Assembly (NCBI GenBank): GCA_041916575.1
Contig: JAYRZI010000002.1
Coordinates: forward strand, 85,117 to 149,116
Direction: 5' to 3'
DNA: 64,000 nt
From: Haliangiales bacterium
GTDB lineage: Bacteria; Myxococcota_A; Polyangia; Haliangiales; Haliangiaceae
Below the pieces are notes generated by a model. The model saw only the letters and a list, made by a program, of their open reading frames with translations. It did no database searches and had not been told where the DNA came from. The position numbers and the translations under genes are program-made. Shown one piece after another: positions 1 to 17,126 of the stretch (the first letter of the stretch is position 1; every line of letters begins with the position of its first letter).

Positions 1-102
1 GATCGTGCGGTGCTCGCGATCCTGCAGCGTACGCTTGCCGAGTCAGAGAAGCCGTAGAGCTCGCCTGTTGGATGCAGGCCTTCCTCGCTCTTTGACGGGA
101 CC

Positions 103-677
103 CTACGGGCAGGGGCCGCCGGCTTGTGCCCAGGTGCGCATGGCGGCGACGAAGTCGGCGTGGGGCACCGGCACCGGCGTGCGGCCGGGGCCCGGGGTCC
201 AGCCCCAGCGCACCAGCGCATCTTTCTCGACGTGCTCGACGAGCGCGGCCAGGTCGCGGCCGCCGGTGGCCTTGCGATCGCGGAGCTGTAGGCACAGCTC
301 GCGCTCGGTCTTGCCCTCGAACACCATCGGCGTCTCCTCGGGCGGCAAGCCCCAGTGCGGCGCCCCCGGCGGCTGGTTCGGGAGCTCGCCGTTGCGCTCG
401 CGGTGGCAGGTAGAGCAGGGTAGGCCGTTTTTCACGCTGGCGCGGCGGATGTTCTGCGCGTGGGGCAGCCCGCGATCGAACTGCAGCGGCCGGTCGCCGG
501 CGGGATGGCAGTTGCGGCAGCGCGGCGATTGCAGCACGCGGTAGACGGTGCCAAACGCCGCCTTGCCGGCGCGCTCGGCCTCGGAGGGCGCCGGGCTCTG
601 GGCCAGGGTGCGGCCGGATAGCATCGCGAGGGTCAGCGCCGCGAGGGTCAGCGCGAGCGCGGCGAGCAGCGAGGGCC

Positions 678-681
<4 letters not shown>
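103..681 (-). CDS. cytochrome c family protein, third subunit of the molybdo-hydroxylase operon
   Basis: 192 aa with an N-terminal hydrophobic signal sequence and two CxxCH haem-binding motifs (CRNCH, CSTCH). Its ATG overlaps the stop of the upstream large subunit (ATGA). Confidence 0.6.
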
Positions 682-2935
<2,254 letters not shown>

Positions 2936-2939
<4 letters not shown>

Positions 2940-3424
2940 GGCGTAGGCTCCTTGGGCGCGGCTGCGCCGAGCTGGTCTACCACTCGGTGGATGGCGCGGC
3001 GGATGCGCGGGTAGGTGCCGCAGCGGCACAGGTTGCCGGCCATGACGCTGTCGATATCGTCGTCGGTCGGGCGCGGGTTGGCCTCGAGCAGCGCCACCGC
3101 GGTCATGATCTGGCCGGACTGGCAGTACCCGCACTGCGGCACGTTCTCGGCCAGCCAGCACTGCTGCACCACGTGCAGCGCGTGCTCGCCGCGCCGGCCC
3201 AGGCCCTCGATGGTGGTGACCTTGCGGCCGGCCACGTCGGCCAGCGGATAGACGCACGAGCGCACCGGGTGGCCATCGACGTGCACGGTGCAGGCGCCGC
3301 ACTGAGCCTGGCCGCAGCCGAACTTGGTGCCGGTGAGGCCCAGGTGGTCGCGCAGCACCCAGAGCAGGGGCGTCTCGGGATCGGCGTCGAGCTCGTGCTC
3401 GGCGCCGTTGACGGTGAGCTTCAT
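2936..3424 (-). CDS. (2Fe-2S)-binding small subunit of the molybdo-hydroxylase
   Basis: 162 aa starting [10 protein letters not shown]. It carries the two classic Cys clusters [11 protein letters not shown] and CGYCQSG...CRCGTY. The track ORF extends further upstream in the same frame. Confidence 0.85.
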
Positions 3425-3437
3425 CGCAGAGGTCCTT

Positions 3438-4004
3438 TCACCAGAGGGCGAAGCTGGCGGCGAGGCGCACGCGCAGGCCGGAGAAGTCCTCGGAGCCGGA
3501 GAACGGCACCTGATAAGTGGTCTCCAGATCGAGGATGGCGCTGCGCCGGTGCAGCAGGTAGACACCAGCGCCGCCATCGACGAAGCCGTGGTGCCCAGAG
3601 TGCACCATGCCGCCGAGGTTGGTGGTGAAGTAGGGGATGAGCCAGGCGCGCGCGGCGTTGCGCTCGAAGCTGACCTGGGCGCCGCCGCGGTAGCTGGTGA
3701 GCGTGCCGCGGCCGTCCTCGGTAGAGCGGTACACGCCGACCTCGAAGCGCAGCTTGCCCTGGCTGGGGCCAAAGCTCGGCGAGTTGTCCGACCAGGTGAA
3801 CAGCGCGGCCTCAAGCCCGCCGCCGAGCCAGGTGCCGCCGTCGCCGCGCGGCAGGTACGCGCCGGCGAACGCGGTGGGCAAGAGCAGCGCCGCCCACGGG
3901 CGGCACACCGGGTCATCGGGGGCGGTGACCCGTGGGCAGTCGGCAGCGGCGAGGGTGGGGGCTGCCGCCAGCACGGCGAACAGGCAAGCGACGAACGAGC
4001 GCAT
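3438..4004 (-). CDS. hypothetical secreted protein, possibly an outer-membrane beta-barrel
   Basis: 188 aa with a signal peptide ([21 protein letters not shown]) and a C-terminal aromatic residue (…ASFALW) typical of outer-membrane proteins. Confidence 0.5.
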   Translation of the reverse strand: MRSFVACLFAVLAAAPTLAAADCPRVTAPDDPVCRPWAALLLPTAFAGAYLPRGDGGTWLGGGLEAALFTWSDNSPSFGPSQGKLRFEVGVYRSTEDGRGTLTSYRGGAQVSFERNAARAWLIPYFTTNLGGMVHSGHHGFVDGGAGVYLLHRRSAILDLETTYQVPFSGSEDFSGLRVRLAASFALW

Positions 4005-4071
4005 GCTCCTGTCTTAGGGCGGTGGCGGCGATCGCATAAGGACCGAACGCGCCAAAGCGCCGCGTGCGCAC

Positions 4072-5085
4072 TCAGGCGGCGAGCGCCGCCGGGCGCGTCA
4101 CCTGGCGCGCGGTGCGGCCGGTCCAGCGGCGCAGGGCACGACGCAAGGCTCGCTCATCGGAGAGCCCGACGTGCTCGGCGATCTGATCGAGCGAGGAGCC
4201 GGCGTGCAGGAGCGCCACCGCGCGACGGCAGCGCACGTGATCCACCAGCGCGCGGAACGAGGCCTTGCGCTCGGTCAGCCGGCGCTGGAGCGACCGCGGG
4301 CTGGTGGCGAGCTGGCGGGCGACCCTCGTGATGTCGAGGTCCCCTCGATCGAGTAGCTCGGAGATCGCCGCCAGCACATCGGCCAGATCATCGCCGCCCA
4401 GCGCCAGGAGCTCGCGCCGCGCCAGCTCCTCGAGGTCGGCGCGCTCGGCCTCGGACCAGGTGAGCAGAGGCAGCGCGGCGGTGTCGCGATCGATGACGAG
4501 CGAGTTGGTCGGCGCCTCGAAGCGCAGCGGGCAAGCGAAGAAGCGCTCGAGCTCTCGTACGTCGGCGGGGCGCGCGTGCTGGAAGGAGACCTCCACCGGC
4601 GCCACGCAGTGGCCGGTCCATTGCCGCGCTAGCGTGACGTAGTTGGCGATGATCGTCTCGGCCAGCGCGCGCGGCCAGCGCCGTTGCGCCGCCGGCAGCT
4701 CCGAGCCGCCGGGCCAGTCGTGCACCACCACGTGCTCTGGCCGCCGCACCACCGCCACCTCGCCATTTTCCTTGATCAAGCGGTGGTAGCGGGCGCCCAC
4801 GGCCAGCGCCTGATCCACCGTTGGCGCGGTCTGCGCCAGCACCCCGAGCACGCCCAGCGAGCGCGCCGAGATCACGGTCTCCGAGAGGTGCACTCCCAGA
4901 TCGTCATCGCCCAGGGTCTGGGCCGCGGCCGCCCAGATGTTGCGATCGTGGAGCTCGGCCACCCGCTCACCGCTCAGCGCGCGAGCCGGTACCGCCGCCG
5001 GCGCCAGCACGTCATCGCTCGGCACGCCGCGCGCGGCGGCGTAGTCGAGCACCAGGTGGGTCCAGGCCGCAAGGACGGTGGCCAT
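4072..5085 (-). CDS. AraC family transcriptional regulator
   Basis: The C-terminal helix-turn-helix (…[25 protein letters not shown]…) is AraC-like. ATG at 5085, with an alternative GTG at 5091. Confidence 0.75.
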   Translation of the reverse strand: MATVLAAWTHLVLDYAAARGVPSDDVLAPAAVPARALSGERVAELHDRNIWAAAAQTLGDDDLGVHLSETVISARSLGVLGVLAQTAPTVDQALAVGARYHRLIKENGEVAVVRRPEHVVVHDWPGGSELPAAQRRWPRALAETIIANYVTLARQWTGHCVAPVEVSFQHARPADVRELERFFACPLRFEAPTNSLVIDRDTAALPLLTWSEAERADLEELARRELLALGGDDLADVLAAISELLDRGDLDITRVARQLATSPRSLQRRLTERKASFRALVDHVRCRRAVALLHAGSSLDQIAEHVGLSDERALRRALRRWTGRTARQVTRPAALAA

Positions 5086-5503
5086 GGGCACGCACTATAG
5101 CAGGGACCGCGCGGGTGCCGAGTTTCATCTTGGCAGCGCCCGGCGGCACGTGCGAGCATCGACGGGGTGAGTTCGCTGCACTGGGTGGGCCTACTGGGCC
5201 TGGCGGCTTCGCTGAGCATGTTCTCCACCGTGTTTCGCAGGGTGCGAGCCGAGCTGGTGGCGGCGCGCGACCGCGGGGTGCCAATGGCGGTCGTCGCCAG
5301 CGAGCGGCGACGGGCCATCGCGCCGATCTCGGCTCGGCGTAGCCGCTGGCAGGCGCTGGCGCCGACGCTCCACGCCGGGCTGGTGGCGTCGGCCGCCACC
5401 TCCATCTTCGTGATGGCGCTGTGTCTGATGCTCTGCGTTGCTCTGGTGGTGCGAGGCGGTTGACACGCGCCGGGCGTTCAGCGTTTGCTCGACGCGGCCC
5501 ACG

Positions 5504-7443
<1,940 letters not shown>

Positions 7444-7447
<4 letters not shown>

Positions 7448-9879
7448 GCTCGGTGCCCGCCGACCCGCGGCTGTGGATCTGCGTGCACGGTCACTACTAT
7501 CAACCGCCGCGCGAGAGCCCATGGCTCGACGAGATCGAGCCACAACCCAGCGCGGCGCCGTACCGCGACTGGAACGAGCGCATCACCGCCGAGTGCTATC
7601 GCCCCAACAGCGCGGCGCGCGTGCTCGACGAGCGCGGCCAGATCACGCAGATCTTCGACAACTACCAGCGCACGAGCTGGAACTTCGGCCCGACCCTGCT
7701 CACCTACCTGCAGCGCAACGCGCCGGATGTGCACGACGCCATCGTCGCCGCCGACAAGGCCAGCCGCGAGCGCTTCAGCGGCCACGGCTCGGCCATGGCG
7801 CAGGCGCACAGCCACCTCATCTTGCCGCTGTGCTCGCCGCGCGATCGCCGCACCCAGATCCGCTGGGGCGCCGCCGACTTCGAGCACCGGTTCGGGCGCC
7901 GACCCGAGGGCATGTGGCTGCCGGAGTGCGCGGTGGACGTGCCGACCCTCGAGGCGCTGGCCGACGAGGGCATCGGCTTCACCGTGCTGGCGCCGCGCCA
8001 GGCCCGCGCGTTTCGTCCGCCAGGCGGACAGTGGCAGGAAGGCGCGATCGATACCCGCCGCGGCTACCGCTGCCCGCTGCCCTCAGGGCGCTCGCTGGAC
8101 CTGTACTTCTATGATGGCGCGTTGGCGCAGTCGGTGGCGTTCGAGCACCTGCTGCGCGATGGCCGCGAGCTGGCGCGGCGGCTGGCCGCACTGCCGTCGC
8201 TGCCTGAGGGGGAGCCCTCGCTCTCGCACATCGCCACCGACGGCGAGAGCTACGGCCACCATCACCGCTTCGGCGAGATGGCGCTGGCTGCGGCGCTGGC
8301 CTCGATCGAGGCCGATCCTCGCCTGCGCCTCACCAACTACGCCGAGCTGCGCGCGCTGCACCCGCCGACCTGGGAGGTGCGCATCGTGGAGCCGAGCTCG
8401 TGGAGCTGCTACCACGGGGTCTCGCGCTGGACCGATGATTGCGGCTGCAACACGGGCGCGCCCGGCGTGCACCAGCGTTGGCGCCGTCCGCTGCGCGAGG
8501 CGCTCGACGTGCTGCGCGACAAGGTGCACGCCACCATCGAGCGCCTCGGCGCGGCGGTGTTCCTCGATCCATGGCGCGCCCGCGATGCCTACATCGCGGT
8601 GCTGCTCGGCGAAGGCTCGGCCAGCGCGCGCGCCGCGTTCTTCGCCTCCGAGCTGCGGCCCGAGGTGGCGAACGAGCCGGAGGTGCAGGGCCGAGCGTTG
8701 TCGATCATGGAGCTGGGCCGCGCGGCCATGCTCATGTACACGAGCTGTGGCTGGTTCTTCGATGACATCAGCGGCATCGAGACCGCGCAGATCCTGCGCT
8801 ACGCCGCGCGTGCGGTGGAGCTGCATCAGCGGCTCACCGGAGAAGATCTGGAGGCCGATCTAGTCGAGCGCCTGGCGCGAGCGCCGGGCAACCACCCCGA
8901 CCGGCCGCAGCTCGTCAGCGGTGCCGCAGTATGGCGTCATCAGGTCGTGAACCATCGCATCGATCTACCGCGCATCGCCCGCCACGTGGCGGTGGCGGCG
9001 GTGGTCACCGAGGAGTCCGAGGTGGTGCCCTACGGCACCCTCTGCGAGGTGGCCTCGCGGCGCGAGCTGCGCGCCGAGAAGGTGCAGCTCGTCAGCGGCA
9101 CCATCCGCCTGCGCGCGCGCTGGCTCGACGAGGGCTTCGAGATGAGCTTCGCCTGCCTGCGCCGCGGTAGCGAGGTGGTGGGCCGGCTCGGCTCTGCCGA
9201 GTCGCTGCACGCGCTGGTGCGCGAGCTCGGGCGCTGGCTCGACCGCCCGGATGCGGCGCTGGCCATGATGTCGGCGCACGCCGGCGCGGAGCTGGAGCTC
9301 GGGTGCCTCTTGCCGCTGGCCACGCGCTGGGTGGAGGAGGTGTTCGCGGCGCCGCTCGAGGATCTCGAGCGTACGGTGGACGAGCTCTACGAGCGGCACC
9401 TGGCGCTGGCGCAGTGGCTGGTCAAGCAGCAGGTGCCCTCGCCCGAGGCGCTGGCCCAGGTCATGCGGCTGGCGCTGCGTCGGCGCCTGGTCACGGCGCT
9501 GGCGGCCGAGCCGGTGGACGCGGCCACCGCCGAGAGTTGCCTCGATCTGGCCGGCCAGCTCGGCGTGTCGCTCGATACCCCGGCCATCGCGCTGGCGGCC
9601 TCGCGCGGGTTGGCGCGCGCGATCGAGGCTGCGGGGCGGGCTCGCGGCGAGCCCGCGCTGGTCGCGGAGTCGCTGGAGCGGGCGGCGCGCATCGCCGACA
9701 CCGTGGCGCGCATGCGCAGCCCGGTGGACTTGTGGCGGGCGCAGAACCTGGTGTTCCAGCTCGTGCACGGCGCGCAGCCATCGGCTGCGACCCAGGATAC
9801 GGCGCACAGCGAGCTGTGGCTCGCGCGGCTGGCTAGCTCTCTCGGCGTGGCGTTGCCCAAGGGCCGTCGTGGCGCTTGA
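7444..9879 (+). CDS. glycoside hydrolase family 57 protein with a C-terminal DUF3536-like extension
   Basis: N-terminus WICVHGHYYQPPRE and HLILPLCSPRD are typical of GH57 alpha-glucan enzymes. It is 811 aa. Its ATG overlaps the glgB stop (ATGA), suggesting translational coupling. Confidence 0.8.
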
Positions 9880-10819
9880 TCGGCAGCGCCTGGCCGGGCG
9901 CGACTCCGGCGGCGTGGAGGCGGAGGCGAGCGAGCCGACCGCGCCGCGCGCGCCCGCCGACCTGGCGGCCGACACGCGGGTGTCGTCGCTCGGCGAGAGC
10001 CGCTATCAGGCCCACCTCCCCGATTCGTGGGACTACCTCTTTCCCTCTGGCGGAGTGGTGCACACGGCGGCGCTGCGCGCGGCGGTCGCGGAGCTCGGCG
10101 ACGAGTCGCTGGCGCTGTGCTCGACCACGGCCACGTTTTGCTCGCCGGTGGCAGCCGGGCCCCTCGAGCTGGTGGTGCAGGTGCTCCGGCGCGGCGTGGC
10201 CACCGCGCAGCTCTCGATCGATGTGCGCAACCCCGGCTCCGAGCTCGGCGCCCGGGTCACCGCCACCTTTGCGCGCGAGCGCTCGGGCCCGGATGTTCGG
10301 GGCGCAGCCATGCCGGCCGTGCGCTCGGTCGCCGACGCGCTGCCCACCGACAGGCCTCCGCCGCCGGTGCACTATCGCTTCTACGATCAGCTCGACTGCA
10401 AGATCGCCTTGGGCGAGCGCTCGTGGGTCGAGGGGCGTGACGAGCAGGCCGGCCGGCCTGCGCGCTACGCGCGCTGGTTTCGCTACCGCGTGCCGCAGCG
10501 CACCGCCGGTGGTCGGCTCGATCGGCTGGCGCTGCCGCCGGTGCTCGATACCATGCCTACCGCGCTCGCCCGCGCCATCGGCCCGGGGAGCTATCGCTTC
10601 TATGCTCCTTCGCTCGATCTCACCGCGCACTTCGTCGACGATACCGAGCGCGAGTGGCTGTTGCTCGCGGCCTACGTACGACGCGCTCGTGCCGGCGTCG
10701 CGATCGGCGAGATCGAGGCCTGGGACGACACCGGGCGCCTGCTGGCCTACGGCACGCAGGCGATGTACCTCAAGACGATCGCAGGAGAGCCGCCGGTGGT
10801 AGACGCGTCGCGTCGCTGA
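9869..10819 (+). CDS. acyl-CoA thioesterase family protein (TesB-like double hot-dog)
   Basis: 316 aa with a thioesterase-like pattern; the GTG start overlaps the end of the GH57 gene. The start is uncertain. Confidence 0.5.
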   Translation: MALDRQRLAGRDSGGVEAEASEPTAPRAPADLAADTRVSSLGESRYQAHLPDSWDYLFPSGGVVHTAALRAAVAELGDESLALCSTTATFCSPVAAGPLELVVQVLRRGVATAQLSIDVRNPGSELGARVTATFARERSGPDVRGAAMPAVRSVADALPTDRPPPPVHYRFYDQLDCKIALGERSWVEGRDEQAGRPARYARWFRYRVPQRTAGGRLDRLALPPVLDTMPTALARAIGPGSYRFYAPSLDLTAHFVDDTEREWLLLAAYVRRARAGVAIGEIEAWDDTGRLLAYGTQAMYLKTIAGEPPVVDASRR

Positions 10820-10912
10820 GCGTCGGATTGGTCACTGCTGATTGCGTGGGCATATGCCTACATCGCAATCTTGGCGTCGCCGACGGGTGATTCGGTATAG
10901 TCGAATCACTTT

Positions 10913-12379
10913 ATGCGCACGGCAATGCTTGGAATGCTCTTCGCGGTCTGTGGGCTCAGTGGGCTCTGGGCCTGCGGCGACAACCTCGCGGGGCAGCTCC
11001 CCGATGGCGGTTTGCCTGACGGTGGCGGCACAGGCGACGGCGGCTGCGACGCGGTCTGCTCGGCGGTGCACGTCGCCAAGGGCGGAAATGATGGCGCTGC
11101 GGGCAGCAAGCAAGCGCCGGTGGCCACCATCGCGCGCGGCATCGAGCTGGCGAAGGCGGCCAGTCCACCGCGGCTGGTGATCATCAAAGCGGGCATCTAC
11201 GACGAGCAGGTGCAGATGGTCTCTGGTGTGTCCATTCAAGGTGGCTTCGACGAGTCGTGGAAGCCCAGCGAGACGGTGAAGACCGAGCTGGTGGCGGCGC
11301 CGCCGGTGGTCTCGTTCACCGATATCGCGGCGCCGACCAATCTCAGCTTCGTCGTGGTGCGCGCCAAGGACGTGGTAGCGCCGGGTGCGTCATCGGTGGC
11401 GATCGCGCTGCGCAACGCCAAGATGATCGAGTTGGTGAACGTGGACGTGCGCGCCGGTGCGGCCGGCGCGGGCACGCCGGGCACAGACGGCGCCTCGGGT
11501 GCCAACGGTGGCGCCGGGGGCATCGGTAACCCGGGTTGTGAGGATTCGGGAGTCGGGTGTGACAGCTGCAATCGGCCCTCGGGCGGCGATCGAGGAATTT
11601 CTCCATGTGGTCTCAACGGCGGCATCGGCGGGCAGCCCGGGCGCGACAGCGATGGCGGGTTCTCCGGTGAGCCAGGGGACGGAGGTGCCTTCGGTGGGGC
11701 CGGCGCGCCAGGTGAGAGCCAGGATGGCTCGCCGGGAGATCCAGGCGGGGATGGGTTTCTCGGCTCGTCTGGCGGCGGCGGTCGCGCGTTCGGCTCGTTC
11801 GTCGGCCTGGCGTACGTGCCGGCGCCCGGTACCGGCGGTGGCAATGGCTTTCCTGGCGGTGGCGGTGGTGGCGGCGGTGGTGGCGGTGGCGGGACCTCCG
11901 GCTGCAACTCGTTTGGGTCCTCTGGCGGCGGCGGCGGCGGTGGCGGCTGCGGCGGCGCCGGTGGTGGGCCAGGCGGCGGCGGCGGTGGCGCGTTCGGCAT
12001 CGTGGCGCAGGACTCGCAGCTCTCGATCCGCGCCTCGATGGTGAGCGGTGGTCGCGGTGGCGCAGGTGGGCGCGGTGGGGCAGGTGGTGGCGGTGGCCTG
12101 GGTGGTGATGGTGGCGCGGGAGGCCCCTACGGCGGCAGCGGCGAGCAAGATGATGGCGGCGATGGCGCGGCCGGCGGCCGCGGCGGCAACGGCGGCAACG
12201 GCGGCGCGGGTGGCGGCGGCGGCGGTGGTCCGGCAGCGGCCATCGTGTGCCTTGGCTCGACCACCGCCGTGATCCCGCAGACCACGCTCATGCCGGGCAC
12301 GGCAGGCGCCGGCGGCGTTGGTGCGGTCCCGGGATCCAACGGCATGGCCGTCCCCGCGATCGACTGCAGCTTCTTCTAG
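10913..12379 (+). CDS. lipoprotein with an N-terminal DUF1565-like beta-helix domain and a Gly-rich C-terminal half
   Basis: Lipobox [38 protein letters not shown] resembles DUF1565 pectin-lyase-fold proteins. Residues from about 230 to 470 are poly-Gly low complexity built on GGC/GGT codon repeats. Confidence 0.65.
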   Translation: MRTAMLGMLFAVCGLSGLWACGDNLAGQLPDGGLPDGGGTGDGGCDAVCSAVHVAKGGNDGAAGSKQAPVATIARGIELAKAASPPRLVIIKAGIYDEQVQMVSGVSIQGGFDESWKPSETVKTELVAAPPVVSFTDIAAPTNLSFVVVRAKDVVAPGASSVAIALRNAKMIELVNVDVRAGAAGAGTPGTDGASGANGGAGGIGNPGCEDSGVGCDSCNRPSGGDRGISPCGLNGGIGGQPGRDSDGGFSGEPGDGGAFGGAGAPGESQDGSPGDPGGDGFLGSSGGGGRAFGSFVGLAYVPAPGTGGGNGFPGGGGGGGGGGGGGTSGCNSFGSSGGGGGGGGCGGAGGGPGGGGGGAFGIVAQDSQLSIRASMVSGGRGGAGGRGGAGGGGGLGGDGGAGGPYGGSGEQDDGGDGAAGGRGGNGGNGGAGGGGGGGPAAAIVCLGSTTAVIPQTTLMPGTAGAGGVGAVPGSNGMAVPAIDCSFF

Positions 12380-12384
12380 CCAAC

Positions 12385-12626
<242 letters not shown>

Positions 12627-12677
12627 CGCGTTCTTCCGCGCCGCCCCGGTTGGCACCCGCCCGTCGCCGCGCGTACC

Positions 12678-14063
<1,386 letters not shown>

Positions 14064-14152
14064 GCTGCCAGCGGCTCGCAGCAAGGGAGGCGCCGCTGCG
14101 CGCGAGCAGCGTTGCCGCCCATGGCCGGGCCCGGCGCGTTGCGACGCGGCCG

Positions 14153-14821
14153 CTAGAACGTCACGCCAAGCCGCAGGTAGCCGTTGGTCGTGCTCTCCCG
14201 CCCGTCGTAGCGTGCGTCCGAATCCTCGAGGAGGGCAACCCCGAACGCCGCCGCCAAGTGGGCGCGTTCTCCCAGCAGCCAGTGCCAGCCAAAGAGCAGC
14301 GTGGGCCCCTTGAGTCGGCGCTGCCTCGGGGCGTCGGCGCCTCCGAGCGCATCGAACTCCAAGTCGGACATGAACGGGGTCCCGCGGGTGCGCCGCAGCG
14401 AAACTCCTGGCTCGATGAACGGCCCCTCGAAGGCTCGCACCAGGTACAGCGGCAAGGTCAGCTCGGCTTCGTAGCTCTCGTAGCCGGTCTCCCACGAGAA
14501 CACGGTGCCATCGACGCGCAGCGCGCTGTGCTCGCCGAGCGCCAACCAGGCCGAGGCGCCATAGGTCTCCATGAGCCAGCCGATCGGGTTGACCCCGATG
14601 GCGCCGCTGGGGCGGCGCACCGCCTTCTTCTTTCGGCTCACGGCGCGCGCGGGAGCCGCGGCCGGCGGCTTGAAGGGCGGCGGCGTCGCTACCATCGGAA
14701 CGGCCGCTGGCGCTGGCACGATGGTGATCACGACCGGGCCAGGAGGGACCGTCAACACGACCTCGGTGGGGGCAGCTGCAGCCACGGTGGTCAGCGCACA
14801 AAGAAGGACGAGCGGCTTCAT
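14153..14821 (-). CDS. hypothetical secreted protein, possibly outer-membrane associated
   Basis: Start taken at [19 protein letters not shown], a signal peptide. There is a Pro/Ala-rich linker and the C-terminus ends …YLRLGVTF with a terminal Phe. Confidence 0.5.
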   Translation of the reverse strand: MKPLVLLCALTTVAAAAPTEVVLTVPPGPVVITIVPAPAAVPMVATPPPFKPPAAAPARAVSRKKKAVRRPSGAIGVNPIGWLMETYGASAWLALGEHSALRVDGTVFSWETGYESYEAELTLPLYLVRAFEGPFIEPGVSLRRTRGTPFMSDLEFDALGGADAPRQRRLKGPTLLFGWHWLLGERAHLAAAFGVALLEDSDARYDGRESTTNGYLRLGVTF

Positions 14822-14974
14822 GCCCGGGGGCAAATTGCACCTGGCGTGCCGGCCTGGGCCCGGCAAAACCGCGCTGCGTTGCGAGGCATTGGGGAAACCG
14901 CGACTGCCCTGTCGTGGTTTGGGCGCCCAGCCCGCCGGCTCAGGCCGCCGTGGCTCGCATACCCAAGGCTCGGC

Positions 14975-15406
14975 TCAGGCCGCCGTGGCGCGCGGAGCCT
15001 CGAACCCAGGCTGGGCAGGCGCGGCTGGGGCCGTCGATGGGCAGCGCGCCACGAACCACACCGCGTACGCCATCAACGCGGCGGTGGTGGCGGTGATCCA
15101 CCACGCCGGCTGGCGCACGGCGATCATGTAGAGGAAGCTGACCGCCATCGAGCTCCATGCGATCGCCTTGGCGCGGCGCGACACCACGCGGTGCGCCTTC
15201 CAGGCGCGTAGCGACGGGCCAAACGTACGGTGCGAGAGCAACCAGTGCTCGAGGCGCTGCGAGCTCTGTGAGAAGCCCCATAGCGCCAGCAGCATGAACG
15301 GTGTGGTCGGCAAGATCGGCAGGAACGCGCCGAGGATGCCGAGCGCGAAGAACAGCCAGCCCAGACTCCAGTACATCCAGCGAACTGGTGCGAGCGCCAT
15401 GGCCAT
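14975..15406 (-). CDS. YbaN/DUF454 family inner-membrane protein
   Basis: 143 aa. LGILGAFLPILPTTPFMLLALWGFSQSSQR matches the DUF454 pattern. Confidence 0.7.
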   Translation of the reverse strand: MAMALAPVRWMYWSLGWLFFALGILGAFLPILPTTPFMLLALWGFSQSSQRLEHWLLSHRTFGPSLRAWKAHRVVSRRAKAIAWSSMAVSFLYMIAVRQPAWWITATTAALMAYAVWFVARCPSTAPAAPAQPGFEAPRATAA

Positions 15407-15539
15407 CGAAGCATAGCATCGACCGATTGCACCCGGGAAAAAGGCCGGGCCGCCTAGATTTGCGGGTCGGATGACGAGCTTAGCTAGCGGGGCGGTCGCA
15501 GCGACATCCTTGCCGCCGCCTCACGGGCGCTTCGATGCC

Positions 15540-16136
15540 CTACGTGCGCCTTCGCCGGCCGAGCAGCGCGGCCAGCGCCAGCAACCCCGCGAACGCAGCG
15601 CGCCCTGGGCCTTGGGCGCTGCAGCCACCGCTGTCTCGAGGAGCCTCGAACTTCACCAGCATGGGCTCGCTGAGGTTGCCGTTGAGGTCCACCGCACGCA
15701 CCGCGAGATCCAGGTCCTGGGGGGGAGCGTCGGCGTCATAGGTGGAGATCAGCGAGTCATCGGAGGCGCTGTTGGCCAGCGCCGTGTACCTCGGCATGGC
15801 CAACCACGTGGGCAAGCTGCCGCCATCGGCCAGGGTGACCACGTAGCCGAGCTTGTCTTGCGGGGTCCGGTCATCGCTGGCGGTCACGACCAGTGTGACG
15901 CGCCCCAGGTCTCCGCACGACGACGAGGACGAGAGGTCTGGCGGCGTCACTGCGATGGAGACCGCGGTCAAGATCGGCGCGACGGCATCGCCGCGCTGCA
16001 GGACATCGAGCTCGTGCCGAACGAATCCGGGGAAAGAGCAGGCCTCCGCTCGGTCGGGCAGCGCCAGAAAGGAGGCAGTCGATAGCAGCGCGAGCGTGAA
16101 CCCTCGGGTGACATGAGAGGCTCGAAGAGCGGACAT
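15540..16136 (-). CDS. secreted protein with a MYXO-CTERM-like C-terminal sorting motif
   Basis: Start at MSALRASHV…, with a signal peptide. The C-terminus reads …SGGCSAQGPGRAAFAGLLALAALLGRRRRT: a GC motif, a hydrophobic stretch and a poly-Arg tail, as in the Myxococcales MYXO-CTERM. Confidence 0.6.
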   Translation of the reverse strand: MSALRASHVTRGFTLALLSTASFLALPDRAEACSFPGFVRHELDVLQRGDAVAPILTAVSIAVTPPDLSSSSSCGDLGRVTLVVTASDDRTPQDKLGYVVTLADGGSLPTWLAMPRYTALANSASDDSLISTYDADAPPQDLDLAVRAVDLNGNLSEPMLVKFEAPRDSGGCSAQGPGRAAFAGLLALAALLGRRRRT

Positions 16137-16197
16137 AGGCCCCATAGTGTCATCGCCGTGGTGCCCGTGCAAAGAAGCATCGGATCGGCGGTTGGCC

Positions 16198-16530
16198 TCA
16201 GCGCTTTCGGTCAGGGCGCTTGCGCACCACCGCCACCTCTACCTCGCCTTCGTCTGCGATGAGCCTGGCGCGACAGGCCAGGCGCACCTTGGTCAGGTGG
16301 TAGAGGTTACCCAGGTGGCGCAGCTCCTCATCGGTGTACGGCGCCAGCAACTCGGCGCCGCGCAGCACCTTGACCCGACACAGGCCGCACGTGCCCTTGC
16401 CCACACAAGCGGTATCGATGCCAGCGCCGGCGAGCGCGCCTGCGTCGAAAACCGTGGCGCCCTCGCGGGCCTGCACCTCGGTGGCGCTGGCGCCTTCGGT
16501 GGCGGCGGCAAACAGCACCTTCACGGCCAT
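16198..16530 (-). CDS. 2Fe-2S ferredoxin
   Basis: 110 aa starting MAVKVLFAA…. A Cys cluster [12 protein letters not shown]…C is present. It overlaps the end of the glycosylase gene by 10 nt. Confidence 0.7.
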   Translation of the reverse strand: MAVKVLFAAATEGASATEVQAREGATVFDAGALAGAGIDTACVGKGTCGLCRVKVLRGAELLAPYTDEELRHLGNLYHLTKVRLACRARLIADEGEVEVAVVRKRPDRKR

Positions 16531-17126
16531 GCGCTCACCGGGGCCGGGCGCGATACGCTCGGGTGGGCGCGCCAGGCAAAGCGCAGCGGCGCGCCGGCCC
16601 AGGCCCCGGCATAGGCCACCCCGACCCGCGGGCCCACCACCAGCGGTGGCGCGCTCGCGCTTGCCGGCGGCGGCTCGACGGAGATGGCGCAGCCGCGGGC
16701 CGTCAGATCCAGGCCGCTGTGCCGTCGATGGAGCGCCAGCGCCGCGGTCAGCTTGCCCGGGCCGCGGGCGATGGCCGGGTCCTCGGGCAGGCCGCGCACG
16801 GGCGCGGCGCCTCGGATGAGTACGGCGGCCGGACTGCCCGCGGCCTGCGCGACGATGTTGAACATCTCGTGGGTACCGTAGCAGAGGTAGACGTAGGCGT
16901 GTCCGGCTGGGCCGAACATCGGCGCGGTGCGCGCGGTCGCGCCGAAGCGCGCGTGGCTGGCCAGATCCTCGGCGCCGAAGTAGGCCTCCGTCTCCACGAT
17001 CAGAGCGGCGCGGCCGCGGTGCACCAGCGTGCAGCCGATGAGCGCGCGCGCGACCTCGTCGGCCGGCCGTTCGAAGAATGCGCGTGGCAGGCGCTCGGCA
17101 GCTCGGCGGCGACCGCCCACGTTCAC
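16521..17126 (-). CDS. DNA-3-methyladenine glycosylase (Mpg/AAG family)
   Basis: [23 protein letters not shown]…[20 protein letters not shown]…[18 protein letters not shown] matches the Mpg family. The start is probably a GTG near 17126; the Arg-rich upstream part of the ORF is not counted as coding. Confidence 0.7.
   Translation of the reverse strand: MNVGGRRRAAERLPRAFFERPADEVARALIGCTLVHRGRAALIVETEAYFGAEDLASHARFGATARTAPMFGPAGHAYVYLCYGTHEMFNIVAQAAGSPAAVLIRGAAPVRGLPEDPAIARGPGKLTAALALHRRHSGLDLTARGCAISVEPPPASASAPPLVVGPRVGVAYAGAWAGAPLRFAWRAHPSVSRPAPVSAWP

Noticed and set aside
9876-10802. 308-aa Arg-rich ORF overlapping the thioesterase gene in another frame
   Set aside because: It is an alternative frame of the same strand; the frame with the thioesterase-like pattern was preferred.
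14125-14136. Perfect GC palindrome GCCGGGCCCGGC between the convergent CBS and secreted-protein genes
   Set aside because: It could be a bidirectional terminator stem, but there is no U-tract or clear loop; not called as a feature.
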